Shown here one piece after another: positions 40,801 through 54,600 of a DNA stretch of 64,000 bases; position 1 is the first letter of the stretch, and each line of letters opens with the position of its first letter. The translations under genes were made by a program, and so were the position numbers. The notes under the pieces were generated by a model. That model saw only the letters and a program-made list of their open reading frames with translations, made no database searches and was not told the DNA's origin. Origin of the DNA: Antedon mediterranea (taxonomy: Eukaryota; Animalia; Echinodermata); assembly GCF_964355755.1 (NCBI RefSeq), contig NC_092670.1, forward strand, positions 16,788,795-16,852,794, in the 5' to 3' direction.

Positions 40801-43800
40801 CCTATGCACAGAAACTTAACTTTTTTTCTAATAGCATAATAAGCATAGAATCACAAAGCAAGTTTTATTAAAATTAAGGTATTAATTATCCCTTAGGTTT
40901 ATGAGTGAACATGGGTTTAGCAATGTTGAGGTTTGATTCACTGTGTGGTTGAACACAGTAAACTTACGGCCAACTCAGACAGCGTCGTACGACGAGGCCT
41001 TGTTTAACTTGTTTAAAGTTCTCCTGACGACCTAATACTATGCACAACGTTATCTCTAGACAACTCGCCTCTCGGAATTCAACTCAGATAGTAACCGACG
41101 AGTCAAGACATTTCCTCGTACGATGCTGTTTGAGTTGGCCATTAGACTACAAAGCAATAGAGCGTCTAATACATCTGCACATGCTCACCAACACGTACCG
41201 ACTTTAATGACTATGTCCGTAAACATGTGCAGGTGTTACGCTCTAATGCATCATAGTATTCCGTATAGTGTAAGCTTTGAAATACTTACTACAATAAGAA
41301 CAACAAAGTATGTCCAGTTCCAAAAGCTATGGACATCCTGAACATAATACATTAGTTCACTCCAACCTTCCAGGGTTATAACCTGTCAGATAGAAACAGC
41401 GATGAAGTGAGTCCTCTAAATCAATGGACTACATTGTGGTGGAGGAATGAAATGTGTGCGGTGCATACAATGATTCTAGCAGGATAGATATTGTAAACAG
41501 ATTTTTTCCACCGAATTTACAAATTAACTATTTTATTGTCAATTTTTTTTCAATCGTTTCCACAAAATTGTTAAATTATATAGGGTATACATTTATTTAT
41601 TATCATACAGTTATTTTTAATAGATTATAGCATTACCATAAATAAAGTTCTTTACTCCATGGTTATAAGCACAAACTTTAGGCCAACAAAACCTCCAGGA
41701 GCTATGTTTTCTTAAAATAACCGTATCAAGCATTCAATGGAAATTTGAATGAGAAAAATCTGTTTAGAATATTGAAACAAATAATGCAACCAAAATATAC
41801 CATTTGAAAAAAAGTTAGCTGGGAGTTAATATGCATGAATATGGTAATGCATGATACAAACCAGGAATTGTCACGTGCAACTCATTACTTACTACAATCA
41901 GAAAAACGAAATAGATCCAATCCCATTTTGAGTGACTGTCTTGCAGTTGGTACTGTATATCGACCCAGCCCTCAAGGCTGATGATCTAAATTACAAGCAG
42001 TAAGCAAACTCATGGGTTGACTAACTGTTTATAAAACAGGGGATTAACAGTGTTTGATCATCCAGGTAGGTATAGGAAAACAGGATTATCCAATGAAAAG
42101 GGGGATTAATATTGGATCATCCAAGGTAATCAAAATAATCATATAGTAGCTCATTCAGAGATAAAAGACAAAAATTGCACTTGAACTAATAGTGGTGTTA
42201 GTAGACTACAAGTGCTGCTTAGCTGGATTAACGTTCTCACGTTTTGAAAATGATGTTTGTACATAGGGGTGCCCAGGTGTGGATTTAGCTTTAGCCCCAC
42301 TCCCTAAAATTTAATAGCCATGTCTTTTTAAAATAAAATAATGACTATTTTTATTTTGTCAACCATAATCTATAATGCTGGATCCACCCGTGATACCAAT
42401 GTAAGGGTGTGGGTGACAGAATAGTCTGTTATGGTAGGGGTACTCTAGAAACTTGAAGTTATTTGTATTGTAGCCCTTCCTTGGAAGACCATAGGTCATT
42501 GTCGGTTTATCCAGGTAAGCAAGGCACTCAAAATGAACTTCATTTATATTCATCCATATACTGTAATATCTTATTAATTGTTTTCACTTTCTAATCTGAA
42601 TAAGCTACTGAGTCAAGCACCAAAATCATAGGTGGGAATAGAAACAAAATAGTGAGGTTTTAATAAAATATGTCAAGCATCAAGGTATATCATCAACATT
42701 ATTGATGGGGCAAATTATAATGTGAACATCAATTCATATTGAAATCATTCTTTGCAAGCACCAGTGAAATAAGCAAGTATAAAATAATAAGTGATTAAAT
42801 ACATTATTTAGTTTATCTGTTTTTAATACAATGTACATATATACACCAGGACAGCAGTATTAAAGAGTTGCTATCCAATTAAATTTGAACCGTATCTGAT
42901 CAAGAAAGTAGTATTTTACAAAAGCTTGCCATATTCTTTCTGGCTGTTTTACTTCATTGTTTTGATGTAGATTTCTGATTATTTTATTTGAGATCCATCG
43001 ATCCACACAGCATTGTAATTTGTTTCAGCATTTGGCTTTATATACATACATATGTAAAAGGCATCACATGAATAATAATAATAAGTATTTGGTTTTAAGT
43101 AAAACAAATGAGAACTCAAGTGATGATTAAGTCAATTTGAATTGGAGTGTTGCTTCTTAAAAGACACAAATGTATCTCTTGTAAAGGCAATAATCGACTT
43201 CGTTTTTTGATGTCTCAATCCATAAAGACCAATTTGGTTTCTATTTTACTAGAGTGGAAATAACATATAATAAGCGGTGTGAACAGCTTTGAACATGCCA
43301 CTACCAGTAGACAAACAGTCTACTTAAAACATGCTATGTACTTAATTTCCTTTCCAAATTTCTATGTATTGAAGTTGATAATTGCAATTAAATTATAATA
43401 GTGGCTATCATTGCATTATTATTCAATATACCGGCATTACATGCACCTGTAATACACTTGAAACTTGCCAAAACATATAGAGAACAAAATAGTCATCAAT
43501 TTTGCCCCATCTCCTTGGAATATATAACAAATAATCTAATATTTTTAATCTCATTCCCCTTATTTTTGCCAAATTATGTACCCTCCTTCCCCGGCATTTC
43601 CTGGGACTATATAGTCATGTAAAGATTTTAAAATCAATATAATATTGAAGAAGTAAATGGCCCGATACAAGTTCAAAGGCATCTAAAAAGTCGATAGTGT
43701 GGTTAATATTACTGGTGAAAATATAGGGTCAGTGTGGGCCATTGGAGAACATTTTTGATAAAGGGTTTGCAAAATGCATAATGAGCTATATATCTTTAAT

Positions 43801-46800
43801 TATTATTTATAATTTATAATAAACAAAGCTGGCCATTGAATTGGAGATATATTGAAATAATTATATAGAAGGAAATTAAATTAATAAATGTAACTAACCT
43901 GAAAGATTGCTACCCATGCGTATAAGATGTTATCAAATGAAATTGAACCTAGAAATGGGTTGAACGAACTAGTTTCACAAACAGTATAATATTGGTTCCA
44001 GTTTGTGCATTGTCCATCATCAGACCCATTGCCTATGAACATGGTGTTATTGCAAATAGTATCATCTACTGGATAGGACGGCCTAATATCATCAGTGCAC
44101 TGCAGCATCCCCTTGTCTCCTTCAAGGCTGCACACAAAGTCCTCATACACGTCATCAGGTCGATAAAAATCGGTCAAATTTCTGTAAATATGAATAATTT
44201 ATTGTCTATATTTATTTATGGTAAATTGCACATTCTTGATGTTTTTTATTATGAATTGCAAAATGTCACGTCAAGGCTTGTGCATATAAAGCACTATATT
44301 ATGTGTTTCCTATTTAATGCGTTTTAAATGTTATAAGTACTTGTTTTAATTGTGTTAAGTTACTATTTTGTACAAGAACACTTGAGGTACCTTGAGAGTA
44401 GTGAATAAAATCGATAAAAAGTTATTTTTAACTTCAGATTTAACAATTAGGAATCAATCTGATATTAAAGACAACATCTTAATGCAGACATAAGGTAGCA
44501 TTGACGTCATCAACATTATGTGCTTATTGAATTGAGAAATGAAGGACCTTTTGATAAGCACATTTGCTCAAGACATTAATGTGGATTTATTTTTATTTAC
44601 TTTGATATTCTGTATAATCAATTGACATTTAAATACATTTATCTAATATTAATAATAATTATGACAATAGCACTTTAATTACTTTAGTTTATTTCCTTGA
44701 TCTAATTGCGTAATTGAAATATAAGAAAACAAGATGAATGGAAGGGATGACAAAAAAATGCAAAGCTCATACACAGTGGAGGATGATGTTCAGTTTCCCC
44801 TCCTCAAAATTGCAAACTTTACAGGTTCATAGGGAATTCTACAATGTCTGCAATAATGTTTAAGTTTATATGAGATAGTCACTGCGATAAAAACAGTGTA
44901 TGATTATGATAATGGCATAAACTAGGTGTACAAAATCACTAAAAAAGAAGAATATACAAAATGTAGTTACTGCAGTAACTGCAGTAGAGTAATTTTTACA
45001 TGGTCTATAATGTACTTATTGAATAACAGTTAGGTGATCTTGTCTCATCTGGGTGACAAGTTCTAATTGTTGCTTCTGATTGAAACCTATCCAAACTAGA
45101 GATACCTTTGACATAGTATAATCGGTCTACTACCAGTATGCACACAAACGTTCTGTTTATGCTGACACTGACTGCATCTCAATAATAATAATGTATTAAA
45201 TATGATTATATATTTCACGGTGTTAACGACAATGCTAATGTGAGCTAATAGTGCATTAAATGTCATGAGGTGTGTAACGCAACCAATCAGAATGTTCGTA
45301 AGTCAATCAATTCAACTACCATAGGCAACATCTACTTTCAATCCCTTTTTTAGAGCATGGTCAATTATGTGATTTACTGCGTATTTACGTAGATCACTGA
45401 ACACGAGACAAAGTATAAATATTAAGTGAAACTGCTGTGCAATGCTATCTAGTTAGACCTTGTTTCTACAGAATTATTTTACGTTTATAGAAAAAATATA
45501 TTGATAGTTTTATCGTAAATTGTTGAAAGGGTTCAATGATGTAACAGCTAAAGGGTTTACATTTGAGATTCAATTAGGAATGTGATACATGTGTTCAAAA
45601 CTAAAAATAACTTTATTCTTAAACGTTTAATCCAACATTATCTGTCATGTTATATAAAATTAATCATCTTTTAATACACACAAAAAGTGTCTTAGGAGTT
45701 GGTTGTATAATGTTAAACTCTGTCTACACTATCAAACTAGTTTGACAAAAAAAAGTGTCACATGCCCAAATATGGTAGTGATATGCTAAAATACGGTAGT
45801 GATATGACATCATCATGTCCATATATGGGCACATCACATTTTTTGTCACATGAAGTTTGGTAGTGTATACAGGGCTTCAAAACATATTGCCCCTCATTTG
45901 TTTTATAGAAGAGTGTCCTTTAATAGGGCTGACTCTAAATAAAGTTTTTCATTTTAACTGTATTTATTATGAGAATGGTCTTTACCAATCATACCCAAAG
46001 CCTGGTTTCCATAAAATCGCCACACCGTCGCTACAGCGTTTCCATTAAAATCGCTACACGCGCAGATGTCGCTGCGCAATTGGGAAGGCTCCCCGATTCA
46101 TCGCAGTTCAACTTTGCCTATTTTGTCGGCGATGAATCGTATATACGTACCAAAGAATATTTAGCGCTCGCGTACTAGATTCCCGATAAATTTTAGCATT
46201 TCCATATAATCGCTATGCTGTCGTGTAGCGATTTTTATGGAAACCAGGCTTCATATTCTATATTGCCTGTATGCTATTTATATATATTTGTACTATGAAG
46301 TATACAAAAGCTGCCTCAATATAAATACTTGAGAAAATTCTTGATTTTTGAAGCGCCTCTGTACAAACATTAATTTCTACATACACTTCTTGCATGTATT
46401 AATGGTATTTGCTGTCAAGAAATGACTGAAGAATATATTAAATATTAAAATATACAACACTATGGCCTAAAGTTTTGGATATAAAAAAAACATATTATAA
46501 GATATAATAAACTCCCAAATGTCATGTAAATTATTTATAACTTAGGGCAGAAAAGTAATAGGTTGATCTACAGTTTTGCATAACACGTAGGTGGACGGGC
46601 TCTTACACGCAGAAAACCCACAATGTCACCTGAGCATCATACATGAAATTTTGCTTATGCCCTCAACTAAAACTAATAATCCCACATGACTGAGGTAGTT
46701 GACATGCGAATCAAACTTGTTTTATTGATTTATCAATAACGACGGATGTGTTGATTGGCTTATTAATTGTTCGCACGCAAGGCAAAACACAATCTTGTTT

Positions 46801-49800
46801 TATTTATCAGCAAATCAACGTAATTGAAATGAAGTCACACAAGTGAAATGTTTCACATAAATTATTCATTTTTTATTTTATGGATTACCGCCTTTTTTCC
46901 GGTTCTAAATCTAAAATCTCAGTATTAATCTCATCAATAAATTAACAAGTTCTAATTAACGTGAAACATCCGCAGCTTACAAATTGCTCTTTAGAAAGTC
47001 ATTAAAATGTTGCCACCCTTACGATTTCTACCAAATATTAACGATACTAGGTCGGAATTGTAGGGTCTAAAGACAGGTGCTACTGAAAAACAAATTTGTT
47101 TAAATGTCTATATTTTTAATTTTGACAGGTTTGTTTAATGAGTATGAGACTCAGTGTGGCCGTACATTTGCTGTACATAACTTCCCATATTAAGCAAACA
47201 TGAACATCAGCCTTCCCTTTTTGCAAAATTTATTTGATCTTGTTTGCTAAATAATAACACATATCTTCCTTCATCTAAATCCACATAGCTTACATAATTC
47301 ACAGCATATAGCATACGATGAAATATGCATTGAATAGAACGATACTGCATTAATGCACTGTCTTTTACAACATAACATTTATCATTCATTCATTATGAAA
47401 TTGTTACTACAGTACTTCGGTTGCAGAAATGAAATTATGATACCTGTTACTATCTTGTCAATTTTCATAAACTATAATTAATTATAATTAGTTATACTGG
47501 TTGGAGGTACATACCTAATTGGTGACAGTGGCTTAAGCTCTCTCTACACCATCCTGTGACAACAAAATGTGATGTGCCTATATGGAAATGATGTCATATC
47601 ACTACCATACTTGGGCATATCACTACCATATTTGAGAACATCATAATTTTTTGTCAAACTAGTTTGATAGTGTAGACAGAGCTTTAGGCTGCTTTTGCGT
47701 TTTCCTGGTAGCTAGTGACTATGATTTTATGTTTTCTTGTGTTGTGTTTGTTTAATTTGTTGATTTGTATTATATTTTGTAAAATGTATCTTTCGCTTGA
47801 ATAAATAATAATAATAAAATTATGTGCATTAAATAACTAGTTACTGTGATCATTAAAAATAAATAAATTCTATTTTAATTGTCTGTATTTAACATAAGGA
47901 TAAGCCTTGAATAATAATCCTAACTCTTAGTTTATTGTCAAATATAATCCCACTCCTTAGATTTGCTCAAATGTAATCTCATTTCTTAATAGTTTATTTT
48001 CAAATACAACACAACTTCCTAAAGGCTTAAGTGTATCCCACGCTCTAATTATCGCTCAAATAAAGTCATTATAACGTTATACTTACTCAAATGTTGTTAA
48101 GTTCGTCGGAAGATCTAAGAAACACCTATTTCGAAGCAATCCATTCCATAGTTGAACGCCAATGATACCAAAGATGAAGAAAACAAAGAAACACAAAAGA
48201 AGAACATTCCCCAACATTGGTAATGTGTCAAGCAACAACATTACAAGAATACGTAAACCTATATTGAAGAAGTATAAAAAAAGGAATGGTTTATTACATC
48301 TTTTTGAAATATACCACACACTGAGCAGTCTCCAACCTGGCATAAATATTACAATAAAAAAATACATATAAACTACAAAGAATTGTGGACAAGGCATTGT
48401 AGATCCAAAACCCAAGTAGAAAAAATGAATTAAAACTTACTTGGAACCCTGTTAATTGCACGTAGAGGACGAAGCACTCGTATTGTACGTATCGCCGATA
48501 AATTCACACCATCTAAATCTAATGAATATTCAAGTGTCCTGAAAGAGAATAAGAAATTTATAAATTGATTAACTTTTAAACAAAATAATATTATATTAAA
48601 GTTGATATAATAATAATTTGGATGACTAAATACGTATAGCAGTTTATAACTAGAATATTAGCATATCAGATACATACACAATACAAACTCAATTCAAGAT
48701 TTATAATATTCTACTGAAGTTACTGCAGTAACTACATTTTTACTGTAATAACTTTATGGTGTTTTTTTAAATTTAGAAGTTATTGAGGCATGGACTCTAA
48801 TAAACAGTATGTATGATCACACAAAAAACTAAATAATTACATATTATACCAGGTTAAACAGCACAGCAAAAAAAGTAGTTACTGCAGTAACTGCAGTAGA
48901 AAAATATTGACATGGTCCCTAATATTATTAAACTAAATTGACATTTCAGCAATGAAGTCACTTTTCTTGGGAATAGCAACTGCAGAAGTAAAAATATAGT
49001 ACACAAAATGGTACCTGGTGGTAACACAATTACATGGATACTTTATATAAAATACAAATAATTATATAAATGAGTATATTTATGAAAATGATGGATAAAC
49101 ATTCCTCTATTAACCTCATGTTGTTGGTGACTTTAACATGACTTTAAAAAAATATTATTAATATTTACATAATAAATTTGGTATTCTTTCATTTAAAAAC
49201 ACCCTTTCAAATTTCCAAAAAAGAATGGACTTCATTCTTGAAATAGGATTTTTTAAAAAAGAGTTATAAAAGTGCAAGTACAAACTATACACACATATGT
49301 TGCATGCTTTGTTAGTTATTAAGTTCAAAATCAAAATCATAAAAATTAAGCAATAAGGTACAAAACATTTTCAATAGGTTTTTTTCTGCAATAAACTTCT
49401 GAACTTAAAGTGAAATATATAAATGAAATTCAATGCGAGTTTGAAATGTTAATATATTCTGAGTATGTTAGAATGACATTGAACAGAATTAATGCAGAAT
49501 CGTTAAGGAAAATTATCAACAGTTATGTCATTAATGAGATTATTAAGTAAGAAGAATCTATACTGTACATGTGATATGGTGTAGAATACTTGATTCAATT
49601 CTAACTAAAAATGCAAACGATGAATGCAAATACAGAAGACCTACAGAATGTCCATCATGAATAAATAAAGAAACATGTATCTTATAACACAGTTACTGCA
49701 GTAATTTTCCTGTAAATGTTACATAACATGATATGGCTATGAGTTGCATCTTGAACACACACATAATTTTTTAGCATTACATTTTTACTGTCAACGCTTA

Positions 49801-51633
49801 AAACTGATATTTTAAGAGGTGGTTTATTTAGTGGTATAATTAGAGGATAGCAACAAAGTGTTATCTTAATAGCAGTGTCCCCTTAATAGGAGTGACTCCA
49901 TAATAGGAGTGACTCCATAATAGGAGTGACTCCATAATAGGAGTGTCCCTGTAATAGGAGTGTCCCTGTAATAGGAGTGTCCCTGTAATAGGAGTGTCCC
50001 TGTAATAGGAGTGTCCCTGTAATAGGAGTGTCCCCTTAAAAGGAGTGTCCCCTTAAAAGGAGTGTCCCCTTAATAGGAGTGTCCCCTTAATAGGAGTGTC
50101 CCCTTAATAGGAGTGTCCACTTAATAGGAGTGTCCACTTAATAGGAGTGTCCACTTAATAGGAGTGTCCACTTAATAGGAGTGTCCACTTAATAGGAGTG
50201 TCCACTTAATAGGAGTGTCCACTTAATAGGAGTGTCCATTTAAAAGGAGAGTCCCCTTAATAGGAGTGTCCCATTAATAGAAGAGTCCACTTAATAGGAG
50301 AGTCCATACTTAATAGAAGTGTGCCGTTAATAGGAGAGTCCATACTTAATAGAAGTGTACCCTTAATAGGAGAGTCCATATTTGATAGAAGTGTGCCCTT
50401 AATATGAGTGTCCCCTTAAAAGGAGAGTCCATTTAATAGGAGTGTCCCCTTAATAGGAGTGTCCATATTTAATAGAAGTGTGCCCTTAATAGGAGTGTCC
50501 CTTAAATAGGGAGTTGGCAATAGTGTTTAAACATTTCCCGTCACTCATTTCACCCTAATTTGTACCCTTAATATTATTCTACTGTTAAGTGTTCTTCCAG
50601 CATCACTGCTGATGTATCTATTTTCTAATGAACTTGATGGATTCTCATTGATTCTAGCCTAATTATGTCTAAATGTGCTGTGGTAAACATGCATTGTCAG
50701 TAGAGTGTTTCTGATAATGGCTGATGAGGGGTCAAAGGTGATCAATATATAAAGATACATTCTTTCTATACAAGCATCTATTTTGGAAATATACTGCAAA
50801 AATCCTTACTGCATTATAAACTCAGTTAACCTTTGACCCAGAGAAAGAAAGAGAAAAAATAAATTTGCAAAAGATGATAGATTGATTTATTAAGAATTTT
50901 TTAAAAATGTAATAATAAAATAGAATAGAAAGTCATGTTAAGGTCACCAATGGCAATGAATATATTTTAGAGAATTGTGATGAATTATCCGTCAGCCACA
51001 AAAATACGAATGAAAAATAACAAAATTGATAAAAATTCACATTGTGATGTAATAACTGTAATTACATCAATAGTATTAAAGTGAACATGACGGCAACAGT
51101 AGGCTACTGATGATGGCACCGACAATGAAAGGAACAATGATAGTGGCACTTGGAAAATGATATGGCAAGAAAAGTAATGATGACCAGAATCAAAAAATTA
51201 TGCTGACAACGGCATTAATGATATTGATTGATGATGACAAATGAAATGATGATTTTCATGATGATGGCAGATAGCAATGACAATGACACATTGGCGTAAC
51301 TGCTATGAGCCCTCACTGGCTAAACCCAGGGGCCCCAGATCTTATGGGGGCCACTGAGGAAAACATAAAATATGTCGAAAAAGGCTAAAACCACCCGAGG
51401 CCTCCAGCGTTGGAGGGCCACTTGTGGTTCCTAGGCCAGGGGCATCAGTGCAATGACGGCAATGTGGAGGAAACTGATGATAATGATCATGATGATGATG
51501 ACAACATTGTGGAGGAAACTGATGATGACGGCAACATTGTGGAGGAAACTGATGATGATCATGATGATGATGACGGCAACATTGAGGAAGAAACTGATGA
51601 TGATCATGATCATGACGACAACATTGAGGAAAC

Positions 51634-51669
<36 letters not shown>

Positions 51670-54600
51670 CAACATTAAGGAGGAAACTGATGATGATGAT
51701 GATCATAATAAAATTAATGATTATTTTGTTGGAATGGATAGCGATTCTTTGCCATTAATTAAATTAATTAAAGTCACATTTTGGTGTTTTTGTACAAAAT
51801 ATAATAAGCATTTTATACCTAGTTAGGGAAAAATAAATGCTATTATAAGCATTCAACAAAAAGGAAATTGAAGAAAGAATAAATGAAATATAAATACAGG
51901 AATAAAAAACCAGATAATAACAAATAGTGAATCGAGTAATACAAAATCTTCTATGCGTTATTTTTATTAAAAGAACAAGATTCGTGTGAAGTCATATGAT
52001 TATTATAATACGGTATTTTATTCTTCACTTATTATCAAGGAGTCTAAGCGTTATCACTATGGTAACAGTTAGTTTGATGAGATGAGAACCATTTTGGAGA
52101 AGCTTGTTGAATAATTACTAAAGGCATCAACTTTAAAATGAGATTGCCTGCCTGAAGGTGCACAGGCAATCATAAGTGCATGAAATGCAATCTAAAAATA
52201 CGAACATTCAGTATTCCGAAATGACATTTATATATTTGACAACATCAAGAACCATCGTTATCGACATGCATAGAAATATTTTTCATATAAACACATTGTT
52301 GCCGCTGTTTGTGATCACGATCCTCTTGAATGTAATTTACATAAATAAATTGAGAAAGGTTTTTCAATACCTGGTTATTCTTTGAGAAAAAGGATAACAA
52401 TAATTTTGTTGAATTAATCTGATTATAAGATAAAAAAGGCTTTTTTTTAAAAGACGTTACTAGTTATAATACATAAGTTATTATATACATGTGTGGCAGC
52501 TATCCAGATATTAATGTTTGTTTTAATGTTTAGTGTACCATAGATTGTTAGTTCTATAGTTCTTGCAAGTCAATAGGATTTCATTGAATCTTTCTACCGA
52601 ATATACGATAATAAATTTAACCTGAATCTAAATTAGACAAAATATTATTATTATTTGTGATTATCGTACCTGTATGCAACAACAAAAAATCCATTGTAAA
52701 TTTTAAATCAACTAATATTGATTTTTATAGCATGACCTTTTTTAATAAGTGCTGACAATCTATATTTTTACAAGCAATTTGCTGTTTTATGAGATACAAA
52801 TGCACTTTGAGACTGCTGCCATACTTTCTCATGCTTGTTTCAGTGTGAACAAAGAAACCGATTCCAGGTGTTTTATTTGTTAAATAATCTTTAATTAGTC
52901 AAAGAATTTGGTGGTAGCAAGTGAAAATTAGCTGCCTGAACTCATTGGAATCAAAGATCCCTCTTGAGGTATCGGTCTCAGATGTTTCTGAAGGCTCCGA
53001 ATATTTTATCATCGTTATTCAGGTGATGAAATATGTAAAGTATCACCTGCAGGAACTATCACTTTATTTTGATATCATTGCACGGAGTGTGTGAAAGACT
53101 ACCGACTTTAACAGGTTTGTACTAAATGTGATAATTACATATTCTTATCATTAGATCAGAACAGAGTGAAGTCACATATTACACTACAGCCATAACGCAT
53201 ATAAACAATTAAGATTGATAAAGACAATACTGTAGATGATCTCAGACAAATGTTTATGTATAAAAGAAATTCTTAATGGTAATTATTCGCATGGATTACT
53301 ATAATTATTCAAATATATACAGTACCTAAGCAAATAAAAACAGTGATTAGAGGTATAATATGGATTTTATGTATTGAATATCCCTATAGGCATAGTCTTC
53401 TCAATAAACTAGTTGTTTTAAAAGCAAACCTTTTAGATTTAAGCAAATGTGAGAAAACAAGAGCGACTTTAAATTGCTGAAATAGCAAGCATTAAGTTTA
53501 ATACATCTAATTTCACAGTTGGTCTGATTTCCTGTATTTCTTTCTTACTTATTATAGTCATCGTATTAGAGTGTACTGATAAAATAACAATTTAAAAATG
53601 CAACAAATTTGGTACCAAAGGCTTAATCGTATACTGTGATATGAATTAGATTTATAATAAATAATGTAATCTTTTAACTTTTTAATTAAAAGATACAAAG
53701 TTCATATTTAAGAGTTAGTATTATAGTCTCTTGGGTATATCTTGTTAGCAGTACCTGGCCGACTTCTTCTTTTCATTTTTTTTTAACACTGCTGAATTTG
53801 AATTTGTTGAAAATAAATTAAAATCAGTGGCATAACAGCTATGAATGCTCACTGGCTAAACTTAGGGGCTTAAGGGGCCTCAGAGCATGAACAGTCCAAT
53901 GCAACTCCCCAGCATTGGAAGGCCCCTTAGGAGTGCTAAACCAGGGGCCTAATTTGCCCACTGTGTTTACGCCAGTTACTGAACATAGTGCTCATATAAA
54001 CATTTGAATACCCACTAGTTACACTATTCAAAAACAATTTCAAAAACTATTTTTTTACACAATTTATTTTACAGAGTATATCTTTTGTACAGGAATATTA
54101 TATTTACTATGATGCTAATGTTTTAATACAGTTCCAATAAATTAATTGGCCTTCACTTAAGACCTTCCCATATTGTATGCTAGTGCCATATTGTTGAATA
54201 ATATAATAATATAAAAAATCTGTTCAATTTAAAAACAAATCCAGTCCAAATAAGACATAATTATAATTTTCTAATGTGTTTACTACTGTTAGTATAGACT
54301 TTAGTTCCAGCATTTAGTCTTCCTAGATTCTTGATTTCAATTTGAATCATATCCAACCAATATTATCCCACTGCATAAACATTAAAAAAATTGCCTGCAC
54401 CAATTAAATAAAATAATGTAATGACCGAATTTTGAAATAAAAACACAAATAAAGTGAAAAATAAATTGGAATAGGTGTTGCTAATAAAAAAGTACTAATT
54501 AGGCTGTGTTCATTAACATAATGAGTAAGGACTTATCGGTGATGACTTAATTACCGTTTTGTCTTTGTTCAGTTTTCATGCAAGCCATATGATGAAGTAA

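Noticed and set aside
51410-51826. Acidic 138-aa ORF
   Set aside because: Arises from a (GAT)n repeat
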